IMG/VR virus record: IMGVR_UViG_3300049141_000059
Location: 1 to 42,965 of that record
Reading direction: 5' to 3' (one strand)
DNA: 42,965 nt
From: a virus
Lineage: Duplodnaviria > Caudoviricetes
Below the pieces are notes generated by a model. The model was not told where the DNA came from. It saw only the letters and a program-made list of their open reading frames with translations, and did no database searches. Positions 1-8,368 of this stretch are shown one piece after another; positions within the stretch are counted from its first letter, which is position 1; each line of letters opens with the position of its first letter. The translations under genes were made by a program, and so were the position numbers.

Positions 1-127
1 TATCATTAGGTTTTCTTTACTTATTTCTTTAGTTCTAGCTTTCCAGAGACTTAGAGCCTTTTTCTTTTCTATTTTCTTCGGATAAACTGACCAGAATCTT
101 TCAAAGTCATCAGGATAAACATTTTTT
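1..127. repeat. 127-bp terminal direct repeat (copy 1); circularisation/assembly overlap
   Basis: Identical to 42839-42965; an ORF reads in frame across the junction. Confidence 0.95.
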
Positions 128-567
128 GATCTACCGCCAGGTTGATCATTATTATTTTTCTCTTCATTCTTTACATTCTTGTTAGTTGTTAGTTGCTTGT
201 TAGTTGCCTGTTGATCTGTTTGTTGATTTTTTTCTTGTGGTTGGTAAACCTCCCAATTTACAACGGTTATGAGCCTATTTTTGTTTGTTGATTTGCTTGT
301 TAAAAAACCCCACTTTTCTAATTTCAACAAAGCTGTCCTGATGTTCTGGATAGATACATCTTTAGCGCAATTTTGCTTGATACTATCGAGAGAGGTAACA
401 AATTGACCAGGACCAACCGTGTATATTTCCCCTTTGAATTCCCATTGGTTTTCCTTGTGGTTGGCCATCAAAAGGATGACCATTACCACATCTCTTTGCT
501 TACTGTTCAACGATCTGTACATATCACTTTGGAGAATTTTCCGGTGTAATTTGATCCATCCGCTCAA
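1..567 (-). CDS. Phage replication initiator / replisome organiser, N-terminal part (continues at 42838..42536; about 289 aa in total)
   Basis: TTG start after AGAGGTG; reads MSGWIKLHRKIL...FERFWSVYPKK; in frame with the 42536..42844 ORF; lies upstream of dnaB. Confidence 0.85.
   Translation of the reverse strand, partial: MSGWIKLHRKILQSDMYRSLNSKQRDVVMVILLMANHKENQWEFKGEIYTVGPGQFVTSLDSIKQNCAKDVSIQNIRTALLKLEKWGFLTSKSTNKNRLITVVNWEVYQPQEKNQQTDQQATNKQLTTNKNVKNEEKNNNDQPGGRSKNVYPDDFERFWSVYPKKIEKKKALSLWKARTKEISKENLMI
177..230. repeat. Iteron-like repeats inside the initiator gene (probable lytic origin)
   Basis: Repeated TTGTTAG/TGTTGAT units followed by an A/T-rich tract, the usual layout of lambdoid-type origins. 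Confidence 0.55.
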
Positions 568-593
568 TTTGTTCACCTCTGTTTACTGATTGC

Positions 594-986
594 TTAAAAA
601 GGAAGATCATCATCACTTACATTGATTGGGGTTCCTGCTACTTGAGACTGGTTGCTGCTATCATCTTGCTTCTTTCCATCTAAGAAACGAACATTATCAG
701 CCATAACCTCTGTGGTCCATACTGTGCGACCGTCCTTCTCATAGCTCCCTGTTTGCAGTCTTCCTTCGATAACAACCAGAGAACCTTTCCCAGTGTACGT
801 TGCCACGTTTTCTGCTAATTTGCGCCATACAACCACCTGTATAAAATCGGCTTCATATTCCCCTTGGGCATTGGTAAAGTTACGCTGTACCGCTAATGTA
901 AACCGTGCTACAGCTGTACCTGATTGCGTATATTTGAGATCAGCGTCCTTTGTGAGTCTGCCGATTTGGATCACCTTATTTAACAT
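594..986 (-). CDS. ssb: Single-stranded DNA-binding protein
   Basis: MLNKVIQIGRLTKD N-terminus, OB-fold motifs, acidic DDDLPF tail. Confidence 0.97.
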   Translation of the reverse strand: MLNKVIQIGRLTKDADLKYTQSGTAVARFTLAVQRNFTNAQGEYEADFIQVVVWRKLAENVATYTGKGSLVVIEGRLQTGSYEKDGRTVWTTEVMADNVRFLDGKKQDDSSNQSQVAGTPINVSDDDLPF

Positions 987-1027
987 GCTAATTCCTCCTA
1001 TATTGGAGAGGGGACAAGCCCCTCATT

Positions 1028-1219
1028 TTATGCTGTTGTCTTGTGTTCCACTTTTACTGGCAAACGCTTTTTATATTCTTCGACCATGAGCTCGAACTTT
1101 ATTTCCTCGAATCTACGCTTGAGGATTTCAAAGATCTCAGCGTGTGTGTAACCAACAGTTACTTGCTTTGTTCTATTTATCATTTGTTCCATTTCATCCA
1201 AAATATCGAAGTCGTTCAT
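1028..1219 (-). CDS. Hypothetical protein
   Basis: Translationally coupled within the early operon, GGAG RBS. Confidence 0.7.
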   Translation of the reverse strand: MNDFDILDEMEQMINRTKQVTVGYTHAEIFEILKRRFEEIKFELMVEEYKKRLPVKVEHKTTA

Positions 1220-1962
1220 TATGCAGCTCCTCCTTGTTGTTTTTTCTCAACTGCTGCAAGCACGGTTTGTCGTATTTCCTCTGCTGTGGCTTTTTCTAAT
1301 ACTTGGTTGATCTGCTCGAACTCTCTCTCTGTGACATCTGCTCGGCTCGCTTTTTGCAGGTAAAAGTAGATGATCGCTTTTTGCTGTTTATCGGATAGCT
1401 TTTTCTTATTAGCTATTGCAAAAAATCGTTTACGTTGCTTTCCTGCAAGCTCTTTCCATTCGTTCAAGTTTCTTTCTTGCTTTGGCTGTTGCTGTGCTGT
1501 TTGTGTTTGTTGCTTTTGATGTACTGGTTGTTTCTGCTGTTGTGACTTATATTGTTGCTTTTGTTTATTTGGTGGATTAGATGTTTCTTGTTCTGGATCG
1601 TCTGCAAACTCTAACAAGAAGGTGTCACGGAAAAAGTATTTTAATCCTGATGTTAAGGCTTTATTTGCTGCTTTATCTCCACCGTCCATGCCTTCTGCAA
1701 TCAATGTAGTGCTGTCTACTTCTCCTGATTCAATATCGATGAGTGAGTATTTGATTGTAAGGACTGTTATTTTTTCTTCTCGTTTACGGTCAAGCACTTC
1801 ACTTTTCAAACGTATCTTGTGTGTTACTAGAGATTGGCGAACTTCTCGGATAACATCAATTGCTTGTGTATATTTATATTTTTGATTTGAGTTGTATCCG
1901 TTCTGTCCCACCGCATTGACCTCTCCCATAATTGCAACGATCTTTTGGCCTAATGATTTCAT
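1219..1962 (-). CDS. ERF-family single-strand annealing recombinase
   Basis: G.N..QKY.Y and G.D.GDKA..KA.T..KY motifs, DDP, Q-rich linker; next to ssb. Confidence 0.8.
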   Translation of the reverse strand: MKSLGQKIVAIMGEVNAVGQNGYNSNQKYKYTQAIDVIREVRQSLVTHKIRLKSEVLDRKREEKITVLTIKYSLIDIESGEVDSTTLIAEGMDGGDKAANKALTSGLKYFFRDTFLLEFADDPEQETSNPPNKQKQQYKSQQQKQPVHQKQQTQTAQQQPKQERNLNEWKELAGKQRKRFFAIANKKKLSDKQQKAIIYFYLQKASRADVTEREFEQINQVLEKATAEEIRQTVLAAVEKKQQGGAA

Positions 1963-2136
1963 TTTGTTAGCTCCTTTTTGGATCGTGTTGTGGTATCATG
2001 GCATTAACTTTGTTTTTTCTTTTTGCTCGCTTTGGTGCTCGAACACCGAGCGAGCTTTAAAGTTTTGCTGCAAATGCTTGGTAGCTTGTTGTTACGTTTG
2101 ATAATGTTCACCTCCTTTACAGAAAGGCTGATATAA

Positions 2137-2451
2137 ATGTCTGAATTGAACGATAACGAAAAGTACATAAGTCTTCTTGTTCAAAGTCTCGGAAAAATGG
2201 ATGAGCGCTTTGAAGAATTAAAAGAGTGGAAAGAACAACAAACGAAAATTATCGAGAATCAAACTCGTCTTATTGAGTTGCTTTCTACTCGTTCTGTTAA
2301 ACAAGAAAAGGACATCCAAAATTTAAAATGGAAACAAATTGAGACACAGACTGACATCGGTTCTACAGTTGATACTTTATCTGCCAAATTTATAGAACTA
2401 GAAGCAGATATTAAGGAACTCAAAGCGAATAAAGATAAAGAAGCATCCTAG
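2137..2451 (+). CDS. Hypothetical coiled-coil protein on the opposite strand to the early operon
   Basis: AAAGG RBS; followed by hairpin plus T-run at 2450-2467. Confidence 0.65.
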   Translation: MSELNDNEKYISLLVQSLGKMDERFEELKEWKEQQTKIIENQTRLIELLSTRSVKQEKDIQNLKWKQIETQTDIGSTVDTLSAKFIELEADIKELKANKDKEAS

Positions 2452-2479
2452 CCCATCGGGCTTTTTTGTTGCTCCTATA

Positions 2480-2820
2480 TTCGTTAAAAGCAAACATTAA
2501 ACCACCTTTTTATCGCTATCAGCGAACTCGCTTTTAAAAAAAATTAATGGTGAAATCATTAAAACCTGCGCTACTCTACTTGCTACTGCGATTGCAGGTG
2601 TTTTCTTGCCTTTTTCTATCTCGTTATAATAACTCTCAGAAATCTGGGCTAACTTGGCAACTTGTTTTTGTGTAAGACCCAGTTTTTCTCTAGAGGATTT
2701 AATATTCAATCTTTTCACCACCTTCGCTATCGGTTAACTTATTATTTATTATACTTCGCTATAAGCGAATAATCAACCCCTCTTAGCGAATTTTTTCATA
2801 AACAAATTTCCTTTAGCGAA
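2480..2820. promoter_or_regulatory. Switch operators, consensus TTCGCTnnnAGCGAA
   Basis: Perfect copy at 2755-2769; variants at 2480-2494, 2512-2526, 2723-2737; half-sites ending at 2790 and 2820. Confidence 0.75.
2497..2721 (-). CDS. Cro-like XRE HTH regulator
   Basis: LTQKQVAKLAQISESYYNEIEKGKKTP HTH_3 signature; divergent from the repressor. Confidence 0.9.
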   Translation of the reverse strand: MVKRLNIKSSREKLGLTQKQVAKLAQISESYYNEIEKGKKTPAIAVASRVAQVLMISPLIFFKSEFADSDKKVV

Positions 2821-2897
2821 CTTTTTCAGTTAATATTTTTATAAATAGAACCTGCAATAGAATATGCAACTTAAGTATTTGAAAACAAGGAGGTAGA

Positions 2898-3251
2898 ATG
2901 GTGACACTCGGGAGAAGGCTAAAAGAGTTGAGGGGATCAAGACCGCAAAATCAAGTATCAGAAGCGATAGGTGTTGCCCCCTCCACATATAGCGAATATG
3001 AAAAAGACAAGAAGTTTCCAAAAGAAGAAAAATTATTGAAGTTGGCGGAGCTTTTTAATACGTCAATTGACTATCTACTTGGAAGAACAAACAATCCTTT
3101 GCCAATTGAGGAAGATCGATTAGATTTAGAAAAGGTTCTTAAAACCCCACACGTAACTTACAAAGGTAAGGAAATCCCAGCGAAAGATCTTGACCTATTT
3201 ATTGATCTAGCAGATCGGATCTTGGATCATCTAGAAAAAAAGAAACACTAA
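2898..3251 (+). CDS. CI/ImmR-like XRE repressor without a peptidase domain
   Basis: HTH_3 with SIDYLLGRT motif; AAGGAGG RBS; 117 aa. Confidence 0.9.
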   Translation: MVTLGRRLKELRGSRPQNQVSEAIGVAPSTYSEYEKDKKFPKEEKLLKLAELFNTSIDYLLGRTNNPLPIEEDRLDLEKVLKTPHVTYKGKEIPAKDLDLFIDLADRILDHLEKKKH

Positions 3252-3522
3252 TTTCACCTGATTTTATCAACTCATTACAAAGTGCTTCAAAATCATATGT
3301 GTGGCTACATGCGATTTGATTAATTAGATTTATTTTTTGATTTAGCTGCTCTCTTTTTTTCTTAATCTCATTCTGTTTGGAAATCTGATCAAGGATAAAC
3401 ATTGTATTCCTTTGACTTGGTATCACACCAGTCCTTTTAGCTTCAAATTGTTTGAATGTCCTGCTGATGCTATCCAGAAATCCTTTAACCTCTGGGTAGT
3501 TTTTTATTTCCGTTGTATCCAT
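3199..3522 (-). CDS. Hypothetical protein with upstream LexA box (candidate antirepressor)
   Basis: AAGGGG RBS; convergent on and overlapping the cI 3' end. Confidence 0.6.
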   Translation of the reverse strand: MDTTEIKNYPEVKGFLDSISRTFKQFEAKRTGVIPSQRNTMFILDQISKQNEIKKKREQLNQKINLINQIACSHTYDFEALCNELIKSGEISVSFFLDDPRSDLLDQ

Positions 3523-3562
3523 AATATCAGCCCCTTAGATGTAATTTTATTTTACTCTTATA

Positions 3563-3576
3563 CGAACTAATGTTCT
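3563..3576. promoter_or_regulatory. Firmicute LexA (Cheo) box
   Basis: CGAACTAATGTTCT versus consensus CGAACRNRYGTTCG. Confidence 0.7.
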
Positions 3577-3899
3577 ACTGGTAATACATAACATCTTTGT
3601 TGATTGAGTTTAATTGTGCTATTCTGAAAATATAAGCGGTTTCAATCTGGTGAATTTTCTTATTATTGTACGCAAGATTATAAACTTTTTCTGTAACCGT
3701 GAGCAAATCTCATTTTTAAAATTTTTCCCACATCATTTCATAATTTTTTCCATAAATTCTCCTAATTTCTAGGATAAAACCGGTCGTTTTTAAATAAATT
3801 TTTACATTCATGGTATAATGTTGCTGGGAAAAAACGCGTTTTTGATATTTGTTCATCTTTTTTCGATAAGATACAATTTTCTTAGGAGAGTAGATTGTA

Positions 3900-5123
3900 A
3901 TGAACGATGAGTATAAACAGTATGACCTTGGGGACTTAGTGCGAAGAGTGAGAAAAGAAAGGAGTTTAAACCTTTTAGACCTAGTTGATTCAAAATTATC
4001 CAAGAGCACTATTAGCAGATTGGAAAACGGACAAGCTGTGGATGACGACAAAATGCAACTTATTTTAGGAAAATTAGGTATTCGGGACACTGATATCCCT
4101 AAGATTTTGGAAGATTTCAAAATACAAGATGAGATTGAGCAACATATGTTTCGATCAATCGAAAGTCAAATCCGTCAAGGGATTTTATCTCTAGCTGAAT
4201 TTAATGAAAAACTGAAATATATTTCATTACCAGTTCTCGAATCATACCTGAGAGCCAAACGATACTTTATAAAAAAGAACTACAAGAAAGCAGTAAAACA
4301 CTATGAACTAACGATTACCTCAAATGACAATGAATGTTGTCCCTATTCAAATGTCAAAGCAACCAGCTATCTGGATCTCTCCGTAATCGCTTACAAAGAG
4401 AGTGATTTTCAAAAAGCACTGTTATATATTGATCAAGGACTAGAAGAATTTAACGAGCAGGGACTAAAGAAACATGTAAAGTACTCACTCATCTACAATA
4501 ATGCTTTCATTTTGGAACAACTTGGCTTGATCCGTGAAGCAGAAGAAATACTAGAGCCAGCTTGGCAGCATCGTGATTTGATCGGGGATATCCGGACACA
4601 GATACAAGTTTACCAATTGAAATCTGCATTTTACCGATATAACAAAAACTATATCAAAGCTTACGATATATTATCCCAAGCCTTCGATATAGCAAATATA
4701 AATGCTCTTGCAGATCAATCTTATTATGTGCTCGTAGACATAGGAAAAATCACGTATGAGCTAGGTCGATTAGAATACAGTAAGAGATGTTTATTATCTG
4801 CTCTCAAATTCAAAAAAAAATTAGAAAACGCCACCTCTATAACTGCACATATCGAATTAAGCAAAACATACTTAGCATTAGGAGATATTAAAAAGGCAAA
4901 AGAGGAGATAACAGAAGCAATACAGATATCCAAAAAAACGAAAGTGAAGGATATAAACAAGAGAATCCAAGCATATATTGTTTTGGCTGGCATCTTTCGA
5001 ACACAAAAAAACGAGGATGAGGCATGTAATCATTATCAAAAAGCTTTAAATTTAGCTAACAAGTATAGGTTTGACCAGTACAAGCCCGAATTGTATGATC
5101 ATCTATCCAAATGCAATAACTAA
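3900..5123 (+). CDS. XRE-HTH plus TPR regulator (RRNPP-like architecture)
   Basis: N-terminal HTH (SKSTISRLENG) followed by many TPR-like helical repeats (A..YY..AL, LG). Confidence 0.85.
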   Translation: MNDEYKQYDLGDLVRRVRKERSLNLLDLVDSKLSKSTISRLENGQAVDDDKMQLILGKLGIRDTDIPKILEDFKIQDEIEQHMFRSIESQIRQGILSLAEFNEKLKYISLPVLESYLRAKRYFIKKNYKKAVKHYELTITSNDNECCPYSNVKATSYLDLSVIAYKESDFQKALLYIDQGLEEFNEQGLKKHVKYSLIYNNAFILEQLGLIREAEEILEPAWQHRDLIGDIRTQIQVYQLKSAFYRYNKNYIKAYDILSQAFDIANINALADQSYYVLVDIGKITYELGRLEYSKRCLLSALKFKKKLENATSITAHIELSKTYLALGDIKKAKEEITEAIQISKKTKVKDINKRIQAYIVLAGIFRTQKNEDEACNHYQKALNLANKYRFDQYKPELYDHLSKCNN

Positions 5124-5136
5124 AGGAGGCGATCTC

Positions 5137-5160
5137 ATGGGAGATCCCCGCGATGGTTAA
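5137..5160 (+). CDS. Micro-ORF MGDPRDG, candidate cognate peptide
   Basis: AAAGGAGG RBS overlapping the TPR gene stop, 7-nt spacing, terminator directly after. Confidence 0.65.
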   Translation: MGDPRDG

Positions 5161-5167
5161 ACGAATA

Positions 5168-5190
5168 GCCCTCAGGGGCTTTTTTTATTT
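5168..5190 (+). terminator. Rho-independent terminator
   Basis: AGCCC-TCAG-GGGCT followed by a T-run. Confidence 0.75.
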
Positions 5191-5262
5191 CAATAGATTT
5201 CTTTCGTGATAAAGTGTATGATGATATTTCAGAATTTACATAATATTAATTCGAGGTGCGAA

Positions 5263-5643
5263 ATGAAAAAAGTAGGTAAGATTGTTTTATGGGTTTTCGT
5301 TGGAATAATAGCAATTGGGGTAATAGCAGCAATTGTGAACCCTGCTCCAACTCCATCCAATAACGTTAAAGCGGATCAGCAAAAAGAAACTCCAACACCA
5401 AAACCACAAGCAGATCCAGGGGAAATTACGCTGGAAGAATTTAATAAAATTGAAAACGGTTTAACGCTGGCACAGGTTGAAGAAATCATAGGCGGTAAAG
5501 GTGAGTTACAATCCAGTGCAGGTGATGGACAATATAAAACGGAAATTTATACATGGAAAGGTGCAGGAGGTTTTGGATCAAATGCGAACGTCACACTTCA
5601 AGGTGACAAAGTAATGGCCAAGGCTCAGCTAGGATTACAATAG
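5263..5643 (+). CDS. Membrane-anchored BLIP/DUF3862-like surface protein
   Basis: N-terminal TM helix, P/T linker, ITLEEFNKIENGLT..QVEEIIG and Y.W.G...NA.V...KV..K.Q.GL pattern; start moved to the ATG after GAGGTG. Confidence 0.75.
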   Translation: MKKVGKIVLWVFVGIIAIGVIAAIVNPAPTPSNNVKADQQKETPTPKPQADPGEITLEEFNKIENGLTLAQVEEIIGGKGELQSSAGDGQYKTEIYTWKGAGGFGSNANVTLQGDKVMAKAQLGLQ

Positions 5644-5671
5644 ATCAGAAATGATATATGAGGTGATGTTC

Positions 5672-5701
5672 ATGTTATTGGGCGATCCAAGCGATGCATA
5701 A
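5672..5701 (+). CDS. Micro-ORF MLLGDPSDA, second GDPxD peptide
   Basis: GAGGTGA RBS; followed by hairpin plus T-run at about 5706-5731. Confidence 0.55.
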   Translation: MLLGDPSDA

Positions 5702-5761
5702 AAAGAAGCTCCTACGAGGGGCTTTTTATTTTGGTATACTCATCCTCATAGAGGTGATGTT

Positions 5762-6073
5762 ATGGTTAATCTTCTTACTCAGAAAATCAGTCGTGAGTGG
5801 TCAAAGCTTCGCACCTTGGATTATGCAGATCGTATTTATTTGGATGATGAACGTCTCATTTACACCAAGTTCAATCAAATAAAACCAATGATTATAAGAG
5901 CTGTTCCAGATCATACTCCCAAGGCCATTGAAGATTGGCTCGGTGATATTGCTATTTATTTTGGAGAACAAGACGACATCAAAAATCGTAATATCTGGCT
6001 GGATCTATATGAATGTTTCATGCTGTTGACAGAAAACAACTTGCTGCAATTACATAATGGACAACTAAAATAA
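5762..6073 (+). CDS. Hypothetical protein
   Basis: GAGGTGA RBS; ends at a bidirectional hairpin. Confidence 0.7.
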   Translation: MVNLLTQKISREWSKLRTLDYADRIYLDDERLIYTKFNQIKPMIIRAVPDHTPKAIEDWLGDIAIYFGEQDDIKNRNIWLDLYECFMLLTENNLLQLHNGQLK

Positions 6074-6094
6074 CCCCTCATATCGAGGGGTTAT
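6070..6094. terminator. Bidirectional terminator between convergent units
   Basis: ATAACCCCTC-ATATC-GAGGGGTTAT. Confidence 0.75.
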
Positions 6095-6096
6095 CC

Positions 6097-6231
6097 TTAT
6101 TTATTACGTTTCTCTTTTTCTTCACGGTCTTTTTTAGCTTTTTCGATTTCTCTTTTATCCATTAACTGTTTGTGTGATTCTTCATGTGCCTTGCTACCTT
6201 TGCTATTGTCCATGAATCCTAATCCCATCAT
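6097..6231 (-). CDS. 44-aa charged protein (MMGLGFMDNSKG...)
   Basis: AAGGAG RBS; below the ORF-track length cutoff. Confidence 0.6.
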   Translation of the reverse strand: MMGLGFMDNSKGSKAHEESHKQLMDKREIEKAKKDREEKEKRNK

Positions 6232-6317
6232 ACATTCTCCTTTTATTTAAGGAGATCCACGTGGTAAACTCTAATTGCGGTTAGAGGAGTCCCACGCGGA
6301 TTCCTTTTATTTTTGTT

Positions 6318-6491
6318 TTAGGCTTCTTTTATTTCCTGTAGATCGAAAGTTGAGAATTTTGCTTTGACATTTGCAGCAACTTCGCTTTTGCTTAAATCCT
6401 CATAGTGATCATGATTGTAAGGTAACTCTTCAATAACTCCAGTACTTTTATGCTTGATCACAGCAGTCATTTTTGGATATTTCTTTTCCAT
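6318..6491 (-). CDS. Small hypothetical protein
   Basis: GGAGGAG RBS places the start at MEKKY. Confidence 0.7.
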   Translation of the reverse strand: MEKKYPKMTAVIKHKSTGVIEELPYNHDHYEDLSKSEVAANVKAKFSTFDLQEIKEA

Positions 6492-6509
6492 TTTTATTCT
6501 CTCCTCCAT

Positions 6510-6531
6510 GGCAGTTGCGCTGCTTGTTTTA
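6510..6531 (-). repeat. 22-bp intergenic repeat, copy 4 (four differences)
   Basis: Minus strand TAAAACAAGCAGCGCAACTGCC. Confidence 0.75.
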
Positions 6532-6536
6532 GTTGA

Positions 6537-6980
6537 TTACCAACCCTTTTTAAACCAAACGGCAATATCGTTTGTCTCCTCGGAATTATAGATTTTATAG
6601 CTTTGCACTCCACCTGTCATCGTAAAGGTGTATTTTCCAATATTGGTATCAAAGCATGCGTGTTTCACTGCATCGATTTTCATTGATTGGATCATTTTTA
6701 TTGTCTCAACAATCCCTTTTGCCATCCCAAATGGAAGTTCATAATAAACTGTATATGGTTCGCTACAATAAAATAATCGTTCTTGATTCATAATGAAATG
6801 GTTAGGTTTCATTCGTACAACTAAATTCGGTTTACGGTTGGATCTTTGAGAATCCAGGATTTCATAAGCTACAATATCTTTACCAAAATGACGTTTATAT
6901 TCATCGTTGAGTTCTGTTATCTCGTGTTGGATGTCGGTTGTTTTTCTAACATTGTGTAAATATTGATGATACATTTGCAC
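6537..6980 (-). CDS. Hypothetical protein
   Basis: AAAGGAG RBS; flanked by repeat copies. Confidence 0.75.
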   Translation of the reverse strand: MQMYHQYLHNVRKTTDIQHEITELNDEYKRHFGKDIVAYEILDSQRSNRKPNLVVRMKPNHFIMNQERLFYCSEPYTVYYELPFGMAKGIVETIKMIQSMKIDAVKHACFDTNIGKYTFTMTGGVQSYKIYNSEETNDIAVWFKKGW

Positions 6981-6992
6981 TTCTCCTTTGCG

Positions 6993-7014
6993 GGCATCAG
7001 CGCCGCCTGTTTTA
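6993..7014 (-). repeat. 22-bp intergenic repeat, copy 3 (two differences)
   Basis: Minus strand TAAAACAGGCGGCGCTGATGCC. Confidence 0.85.
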
Positions 7015-7287
7015 GTTTTCTATCTTTAATAACTTCAATGCTTCTTCCAACACGCATTGAACCTCGACGAACGCCGAATCAATGATAGTCATCTCTTTTA
7101 CTGTTATATCTTCTTTCTTTTTCAGGTGATAAAAGTCTACTATTTTCGTTATATCACCTGTTAACCACATAGCCCTTTCTTTTTCTAGGTCATCGCCTAG
7201 AAAATCAAGCAATTCCTCTTTTGTCTCTACAACATCCGCTTGCAATCTCTCTGCGACAATCTCTTTAAGTGTTTTAGTTGTATTCAT
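7012..7287 (-). CDS. Hypothetical acidic helical protein
   Basis: AAGGGG RBS before MNTTK; stop codon is the first triplet of the repeat. Confidence 0.7.
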   Translation of the reverse strand: MNTTKTLKEIVAERLQADVVETKEELLDFLGDDLEKERAMWLTGDITKIVDFYHLKKKEDITVKEMTIIDSAFVEVQCVLEEALKLLKIEN

Positions 7288-7318
7288 TCGCTTTTTCCCC
7301 TTTATTTTAAGTATTACA

Positions 7319-7340
7319 GGCAGCCGCGCCGCCTGTTTTA
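7319..7340 (-). repeat. 22-bp intergenic repeat, copy 2
   Basis: Minus strand TAAAACAGGCGGCGCGGCTGCC, identical to copy 1. Confidence 0.9.
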
Positions 7341-7598
7341 TTGTCTTACTAAACCCTGATATATTAGTTTTGATCCTCGGAATTCCAAGCATTCTTTTGT
7401 TTCCTCACTCCATACCGTCCAACCTAAAACAGTGCTGTCTATATGGTTTTGTTTTACGATTTCAGCAAAACCTTTTAATGTTTGAGCGTTACCAGATCCA
7501 ACTTTCACCTTTTCAGATTCAATATTTTCTATATAATTTCCGAAAGCTTCTTCCTCGGGTACCTTCCAAGCTTGAAAATAAAACTTTGCATTTTCCAT
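7338..7598 (-). CDS. Hypothetical protein
   Basis: GGAGGGG RBS before MENAKF. Confidence 0.7.
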   Translation of the reverse strand: MENAKFYFQAWKVPEEEAFGNYIENIESEKVKVGSGNAQTLKGFAEIVKQNHIDSTVLGWTVWSEETKECLEFRGSKLIYQGLVRQ

Positions 7599-7619
7599 GT
7601 TGTCCCCTCCCAGATGTAA

Positions 7620-7641
7620 GGCAGCCGCGCCGCCTGTTTTA
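7620..7641 (-). repeat. 22-bp intergenic repeat, copy 1
   Basis: Minus strand TAAAACAGGCGGCGCGGCTGCC. Confidence 0.9.
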
Positions 7642-7845
7642 GTCTTCAATATAAAAAACTTCTGTATCCTCATAAACCTTTTTGACCTCTACAGTGTCAT
7701 AACCATATTCATTTGCGTATTTGCTGACCTCTTCCATGTCGAATTCATTTCCTGAATAAATCCGACTAACACAATCATCTCTATACTCGCTGGATTTAAA
7801 TTTCACATGGTATACAGTAGAACGAACCTTATCAACTAATTTCAT
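7639..7845 (-). CDS. Small acidic hypothetical protein
   Basis: AGGAGGT RBS. Confidence 0.75.
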   Translation of the reverse strand: MKLVDKVRSTVYHVKFKSSEYRDDCVSRIYSGNEFDMEEVSKYANEYGYDTVEVKKVYEDTEVFYIED

Positions 7846-7968
7846 GTGTTTACCTCCTAAGGTAACAAAAATAATAAGATGTAACTTTGTCTATCCTCCA
7901 TTGTAGCAATATTTGGAGTTCTTTCCCTCCATTCAGCCCACCCAGCGGATGAGCTGTAGCAAGGAAAA

Positions 7969-8124
7969 TTAAAAGCTTTTCGATATAAACAAAGGTTTTT
8001 TGGTAGCTACAACATTAAGCTTTTTCTCACACTTCGAACATGTTTCGCCTTCTTTTTCCTCAGTAGTCCATGAAGAATGACCGCAATCACATGTATACAT
8101 ATACTCCGTTTTCCACTCTGTCAT
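7969..8124 (-). CDS. 51-aa Zn-ribbon protein
   Basis: MTEWKTEYMYTCDCG...CSKC; AAGGAG RBS. Confidence 0.7.
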   Translation of the reverse strand: MTEWKTEYMYTCDCGHSSWTTEEKEGETCSKCEKKLNVVATKKPLFISKSF

Positions 8125-8142
8125 TGTAAATCTCTCCTTGTT

Positions 8143-8361
8143 TTAATTTTCTTGAATTATTACTTGATCCAGCACAATCTCAATATCTGGACCATCATAT
8201 TTTTCTAAATACTGCGCAACTGCTTTTCTTTTTGCTTCTGATTCGCTAATATCGCTGAAAACATATGTCTCATCTTCACCTGTCGCGTCCCAATCTCCAT
8301 AGCAATCTTGAAAATAGAACGATCCTTGAATTTCTACTGACCACTTTTCCACTAGTATCAC
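8143..8361 (-). CDS. Small very acidic protein
   Basis: AAAGGAG RBS; D/E-rich; the start may be a few codons downstream. Confidence 0.7.
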   Translation of the reverse strand: MILVEKWSVEIQGSFYFQDCYGDWDATGEDETYVFSDISESEAKRKAVAQYLEKYDGPDIEIVLDQVIIQEN

Positions 8362-8368
8362 TCCTTTT

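Noticed and set aside
1470-1570. TTG/CTG-rich low-complexity tract as a DNA element (also 31622-31670)
   Set aside because: Explained by Gln-rich protein segments with 3-nt periodicity
3716-4120. 134-aa minus-strand ORF
   Set aside because: Antisense to the HTH-TPR gene and its promoter; no RBS
6510-7641. 22-bp repeats as a CRISPR array or canonical integron attC sites
   Set aside because: The intervals are whole genes of 280-460 bp, there are no cas genes, no RYYYAAC/GTTRRRY pair, and the recombinase is Cre-like rather than IntI-like
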